Positions 58,401 to 64,000 of a DNA stretch of 64,000 nt are shown here, one piece after another. Each line of letters opens with the position of its first letter. Position 1 is the stretch's first letter. Where the stretch lies: contig JBHGNT010000110.1 in assembly GCA_043228905.1 (NCBI GenBank), positions 18,326-82,325 of the forward strand, read 5' to 3'. A model generated the notes under the pieces. The model did not search any database. It worked only from the letters and a program-made list of their open reading frames with translations, and was not told the DNA's origin. Source of the stretch: Azolla caroliniana (Eukaryota; Plantae; Polypodiophyta). The translations under genes and the position numbers were made by a program.

Positions 58401-61400
58401 TGGTGTAATAGTGAAACTGATGGAGAGTATAATGGTGAGAGAGATCATGAAGATGTTGACAAGCGATTGAGAAGCATTACAGGGTGGGGGGTGGTGCCTA
58501 GAATGGCCCCACCCCCCTCCCAAGGGGGTTCAACGTTAAGGGGGGGGGGGGGGGGGAGAGAGAGAGAGAGAGAAATGGTCCTTCTTTCATTCATTCCCCA
58601 TAAGGGGTTAAATAGGCACAAAGGGGTAGATACACAAGGGTGCAAGCCCCTTTGGCATTCACACCTAATCACTCACTCACACCTCTTTGTATCAACCACA
58701 CTCACACTTACATTCACACTTATCAATCACATAACATTACACATACATATCAACACATTACATCTTTCACCCTCACTTATCACAGTTATCAATCACCCGT
58801 ACATCTCGTACGGTAACACAATATGGCACGCCCATGGGAGAGTGCCTTGCACGTCGATCCCACATGCCTTGATCATAATCTTTCTTCGACCAGAACTTCC
58901 ATCGGTCGTCTCAACGATCGACTTCCTTGATCAGAGCGCTTGACTCGAACATCTCCTTCAGTCAGCGACTTCATCGACACGAACATTCTCGTTCTATTGG
59001 CTCACAAACTTTGGTAACATCATTCGGGTCGTCAAAAAGACGTTGTGTGTATGTGTGTTCCTCCTTGAGTTGTTGTAAGTTGTGAGTTGTGAGTTGTGAG
59101 TATATCTCGTCCATTTCTTTTAGGTGGATCAGTTTTTAAAAAATTTCACTACCCTTGAGTTTTTAAAATTCTTTAGATGCTCCTTATCGTATTCCTTTTC
59201 CCTCTCTTTTTCCTGTTTTATTATTTATTTATTAAATTTGCATTAGGTCTTTTTCTTTTCCTTCTTTCTGTCTGTATCTTCTTTCTCTCCTTCTTCATTT
59301 CTTCTCTTCTTCCTGCCTGTCGGTCCGTCTGTGTCTCCTTCTGCTTCTTCTCTCCCTCTAATTCTCCCGCTTGATTCTCTGTTTGTCCATGCCTCTATCT
59401 CTAGTGCCCGAATCTTGCTTTGCTCCTCCTCTCTGTTTCCTTCTTTCGTGTTGCTTTGGTCTACCGTTTTTTCTTCTTTCTTGGTTATTCTGTTGCCTTT
59501 GGTACTTCTTCTTTTCCTTCCCTTCCTATTCCTTATTCTCTTCTTCTCTTTCATCATTGTCGATTGTATGTTCGTTTTTGGCCACCACTGTTCGGCCGCT
59601 ATCGGGACACTGCTCCAACTGTCGTTGTTCGGCCGCTTCGTCCATGTCTCCATCACTATCCATCACTATCGTGGTTTCCGTCTCTGTCTGGCCGTGTGTC
59701 CGTTTGGCATGTTCGCTCGTCCCTTCGTCTTTCCGGCCGTTTTTGGTCGTTTATCCGGTTGTCAGGCCGCTCTAACCACTGTCTGGCTATTCCCGCCATT
59801 CCTTCGTCGGCTATCTGATCGCCGCTGCTCTGGTCACTCTAGCCGCTCCGGCTTCTGTCTAGCCACTTCGGCCACTGTCCAACCACTTCGGTTGTTCTTC
59901 GTTGTCCGATCTGGCTATGTTCGTCCGATTTGGCCCGTCCACTGTTCCGGCGCATGTTTGACCATCTCCGTCGTTGTCGTTGTCTCTATCGACCCGTCCA
60001 GCCATCCAGCCGTCGCCATCGTTGTTTGTTGCCTAGGTCGACCGTCATCGGGTTGTCAGTGTCCTGTGTCGCCACCATCTGGATGTCGTCGTTGTCGTCC
60101 CGTCCCCGTCTGCATCTCTATCTCTATCTTCGGCTCCGTCTTCAGCCATTGTTGTTCGGCCGCCTATCCAGCCGCTGCACCAGTTACGCTTCCACCGTTT
60201 TCTGTCCGTTGTCTGGGCCCGTCTGGTCTGGCTGTCATTCGGTGTTTGTCTCCGGTTCCGCCGTTTTGCATTGCCCATGGTCTTTGTGTGGCATCTCTGT
60301 CGTAGTTGTCATCCATGTCTCTATTTGTCCAGTGGTCTTCTTCTCTGTTCATTTCTGTCTCCTCCCGTTGCTATTATCCGTACATCACTTCGGTTGTTTT
60401 TCCGACCCAACCGTCACGTTTTTCCGGCCTTCTTACCATCGTTGCTTGTCTGATCCGGCATTCATTGTCCCTTTCTTTATTCGGCCCGTTCCATCTTTGT
60501 TCGACCACTTTGGTCGTTCTCCGACCGGTGCTTTTCCGGCCTCTCGTCCTTCACTCGAATTGTCTGGTCTTGTTCGGCGCCTTTCCATCCAGCCCTGTTT
60601 CCGTTTGTGTTTTCGTCTCTGTCGGTTCATTGTAGTCCAACCTCGTCCGTCACTTGGCCGCTCTGCACACTCTTTGGCCGCTACTCTTCGGCCATTCTTT
60701 GACTGTTGTGTAGGGTTTCAAGTTGCCATCCGCTACCATTGTCTGGCCTCCGTTGTATAGCGTCGTCGTCGTCCAGCCATTTGTCTCGCATTTTGCCGCT
60801 CTCCAGTCGCTATTTGGCCACCATACCGGTCGCTCTTCGGCCAGTACTTCATCCACCGAGCTTTAGCCACTTCTCCGTACAATGGCCATCCGTTGTGTCT
60901 TTCCGGCGTTGTTGGTTTCTGACGGGAACTCAACGCTCCTTATGTCCAACGCTCGGCCACAACCGAGCTTCTTTTCATACGCAGAAAACGGGAAACAAGT
61001 ACACGACACAAAGGAGAGAAAATACACAGGAGGTTTACGTGGAAAAACCCCAAAGTAGGGGAAAAAAAACCACGGCAGCCCACAGGCTGCAAACTGTCAC
61101 TATGTAAGAATGTACAAACAGTGAGTTCATGGAGGCAACGACCTCGTTCTCTCTCTCTCTCTCTCTGTACAGTTACGCGCTCTCTCTTTTTCTTGCACCA
61201 ACAAAGAAAATGACAACTACAACAACAGTAACTAAAAGGTTGCCCTAAGTCATATTTATACTAATATGACTTTTTAGCTATTTACAGATATAGCCTCGAT
61301 GGCCTCTCAGAAACATATTTACGAATATGTCTCTTCATTTGGTTCATACCGGGTCTGCACCATCCGGCTCTCCGTAGCCGGGTACTCTTCATCCGGTTCA

Positions 61401-62703
61401 TACCGGGTCTGCACCATCCGGCTCTCTGTAGCCGGGTACTCCTCATCCGGTCTTCACCGGGTCTGTATCATCCGGCTCTCCGTAGCCGGGTACGCCTCAT
61501 CCGGTTCATACCGGGTCTGCACCATCCGGCTCTCCGTAGCCGAGTACGCCTCATCCGGTTCATACCGGGTCTGCACCATCCGGTTCATACCGGGTCTGCA
61601 CCATCCGGCTCTCCGTAGCCGAGTACGCCTCATCCGGTTCATACCGAGTTTGTTCATCGGCATTGTTCTTCTCCCTTCCCATCCGGAGGGACCTGTCTCC
61701 CAACAGTTTCTTTGGTCTTCAATGTCTGGTCTGCATCTATATCTCCTCCATCTTCTTCGGCCCTTTGGTGTTAACTGACTCTAGTTCTGGTTCCAATTCC
61801 TGTTCCGACTCTCTCTGTGTTTCATTCTTCTGGAACCATATCTTGTGCATTCTCAACACATCCTGCAGACATTCACTCCACACACTACTTCTTCCTCTCC
61901 AATCTCCTGGTGGGCTTCTCTTTCTGGTCGTGCTGGCACCGGTTCCCTCTGCGTCGTTGTTTGTCCAGCCGTGCATCTTGCACCACGCTTTTGAAAACAC
62001 ACACATTGTCGCTAACCGCATGCTTGCACATACGTCTGTTGCGTATCCTTTTGTGACGTCCTCTTGCACAACATCACCGTGTTGCATTCCTCGACCTTGA
62101 TGGCTTCCAATCACCATCACCATTTCCTGCACATCGTCCATTTGATTTCTCGCACATCATCGCCACCATTCTCGCACAATTTGTATTAGTCTTTGCCGTG
62201 TGTTAGTCTTCGACTTCGTCTCCAAAGGGGGGTCACCTTAGTGGTCGCCAAAAATTGTTAGGTTTTTTAGGGTTAGGGTAAAGGATGAGGATGAATGGTA
62301 ATGGTGTAATAGGGAAAATGATGGAGAGTATAATGGTGAGAGAGATCATGAAGATGTTGACAACCGATTGAGAAGCATTACAAGGTGGGGGGTGGTGCCT
62401 AGAATGGCTCCACCCCCCTCCCAAGGGGGTTCAACGTTAAGGGGGAGAGAGAGAGAGAAATGATCCTTCTTTCATTCATTTGCCATAAGGGGTTAAATAG
62501 GTACACAGGGGTAGATATACAAGGGTGCAAGCCCCTTTGGCATTCACACCTAGTCACTCACTCACATCTCTTTGTATCAACCACACTCACACTTACATTC
62601 ACACTTATCAATCACATAACATTACACATACATATCATCACACTACATCTTTCACACTCACTTATCACAATTATCAATCGCCCGTACATCTCGTACGGTA
62701 ACA
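58401..62703. mobile_element. Non-autonomous LTR element K, related to C
   Basis: Direct repeats 58401-58818 (left-truncated) and 62256-62703, sharing CCTAGAATGGC..CACCCCCCTCCCAAGGGGGTT and the GGTAACA end with the C LTRs; CT/CGGCC-rich non-coding interior; no TSD found. Confidence 0.75.
61341..61645. repeat. 54-bp tandem repeat, ~5.5 copies
   Basis: GGTTCATACCGGGTCTGCACCATCCGGCTCTCCGTAGCCGGGTAC.. units at 61341, 61395, 61449, 61503, 61557 plus partials. Confidence 0.9.
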
Positions 62704-63372
62704 AAATCTTCCCTTCCTTCTCTTGTCTTTAGCCGAAGCTCTTCTTCAAGTAGCATTGCACTTAGTTCATCAAAATTTAAAGGAGTAGGTCAAACCTGAG
62801 TGTTCAATGCTGTCACATTGCCATCATACTTGGAAGGAAGTACTCGAATGCACCGACGAGCCACATCCTCTAGAGAGACAACTACTCCAACAGTTGCCAG
62901 CTGATCTTGAAGATCCTTAATCCTTTTTACAAAGGATTCTACTTTCTCTCCATCAGCAAGCTGATTTTCAAGGTTTCGTATCCTTTTATAGTTTCTGGTT
63001 TCATAATGGCTAGCCAATATGCTCCAAACTTCATGTGCCTTGGTTGTATGTTGCACTAATGTTAGTACAAAGTTACATACACCAGTGACTATGGTACACA
63101 ACGCATCAACATTCCTCCTCTTCTAGGCTCGAAGTAGATCAACATTTGGAGGGATTTATGTGGTAGGGTGTGTCGGGTCAAAGGTCACCATGGGCTCAGG
63201 GTCTCCTCCTGTGGGTCCCATGATTGTCTCCAACAACTCATAGGAGTCCAAAATGGCAGACATTTTGAACATCCATAGAGTGTAGTTGGTTCCATCTAGC
63301 TTTCTATCAAACAATGGAGGTGGGCGAATGCGCAGAGGAGTAGTTGCAACAATCGTGGACAAGGCCATTGAT

Positions 63373-63373
<1 letters not shown>

Positions 63374-63457
<84 letters not shown>
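63374..63457. repeat. Compound microsatellite (CT)n(AT)n
   Basis: Directly visible, in the leader of Copia J. Confidence 0.95.
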
Positions 63458-63459
<2 letters not shown>

Positions 63460-64000
63460 CTTTGTGTTGCTAGACATCAACTACCCGCATATACCTAATC
63501 TAGATCAACCTCTCTAATATGATACCATGTTAGAAATATTGAGAATCGATTAGATAGGTATATAGTGGACCAGCTCACTACAAAATGAGTGGGGACCGAT
63601 GATCCCATCTAAGCTCTAAGGTGTGAGCGCATGGTGAACTACCATTGTGAGCTACTCTCATATGTAATAGAAGTTTTGTTTTCATATACCATCTCTGTGG
63701 TTGTAACTCTATATACCTATCTATATACCATCTCCATTCAAAGTGATGAGGAAATTTTAAAGTACTTGTTCGCCCTACTAGTTATGAAACTCGAGATCCA
63801 TTCCATGTTATTGGCTGAAATCTCTAGGTTTGTCAGGTCAAAAGATAAACAAGCATTTGGCAACTTGTTGCGTTCATTGACAACCACATAAACCCTCAGC
63901 CCCGAGCCTTCCTCTTGACACAAGTCAATTAATCTCTTGAGAGTCTGTTGGCTAAACCTACACCCCTTGTCAAACCTATACCTGCTTGATACCACTGCTT

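Larger units (their letters stand above)
55616..63740 (-). mobile_element. Decayed Copia element J, interrupted by K
   Basis: gag 63368-62790; knuckle/PR ~58400-58180; integrase 58028-57110; RT 56629-55660 (IYVDD); PBS remnant TGGTATCA 63520-63527; LTR from 63528 (far end uncertain); ~38-bp LTR remnant at 55616-55653. Confidence 0.8.

Noticed and set aside
59331-60760. Long ORFs of 324 and 276 aa (also 24230-24925) as membrane proteins or env-like genes
   Set aside because: A-poor, CT-rich low-complexity DNA lacks stops by composition; several frames are open and no domain motif is visible
62256-62280. Telomeric repeat (TTTAGGGTTAGGG)
   Set aside because: Only two units, at an LTR start; at most a telo-box
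63730-63734. ATCTC as the TSD of Copia J (matching 55611-55615)
   Set aside because: It would need a non-CA LTR end, and TATACCATCTC occurs twice within the LTR, so the boundary is unresolved
63741-64000. Host gene exon at the window end
   Set aside because: 85-aa ORF with no recognisable motif; it may be LINE ORF1 sequence but cannot be supported

Overview
Eukaryotic, plant-type DNA (probably a bryophyte or other early land plant; this is inference from the element types) made almost entirely of nested transposable elements. I see no ordinary host gene. The backbone is a decayed Ty3/Gypsy element (~3400-52385). It carries Copia elements, solo LTRs, a non-autonomous LTR element and several younger Gypsy copies nested up to five deep, followed by Copia and LINE remnants. 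The standout is a 9.1-kb cut-and-paste DNA transposon (13307-22430) with 36-bp TIRs and an AATT target duplication. It carries two divergent, apparently intact genes. One is a 926-aa Sola-like DDD transposase with a possible BAH/Tudor-like C-terminal domain. The other is a six-exon gene, reconstructed by hand as 974 aa, that fuses a ParB/Srx-like domain to a prokaryote-type beta-class amino (m6A/m4C) DNA methyltransferase. Its first intron holds eight phased 31-bp palindromes resembling a parS/operator array. Other signals: CpG-centred 4-bp TSDs at 5/5 resolvable Gypsy insertions; a conserved GGAUUUU plus pseudoknot -1 frameshift placed after the protease; and a non-autonomous LTR family with PBS-like motifs at both inner LTR ends. 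All family assignments come from motif recognition only; no database search was run.
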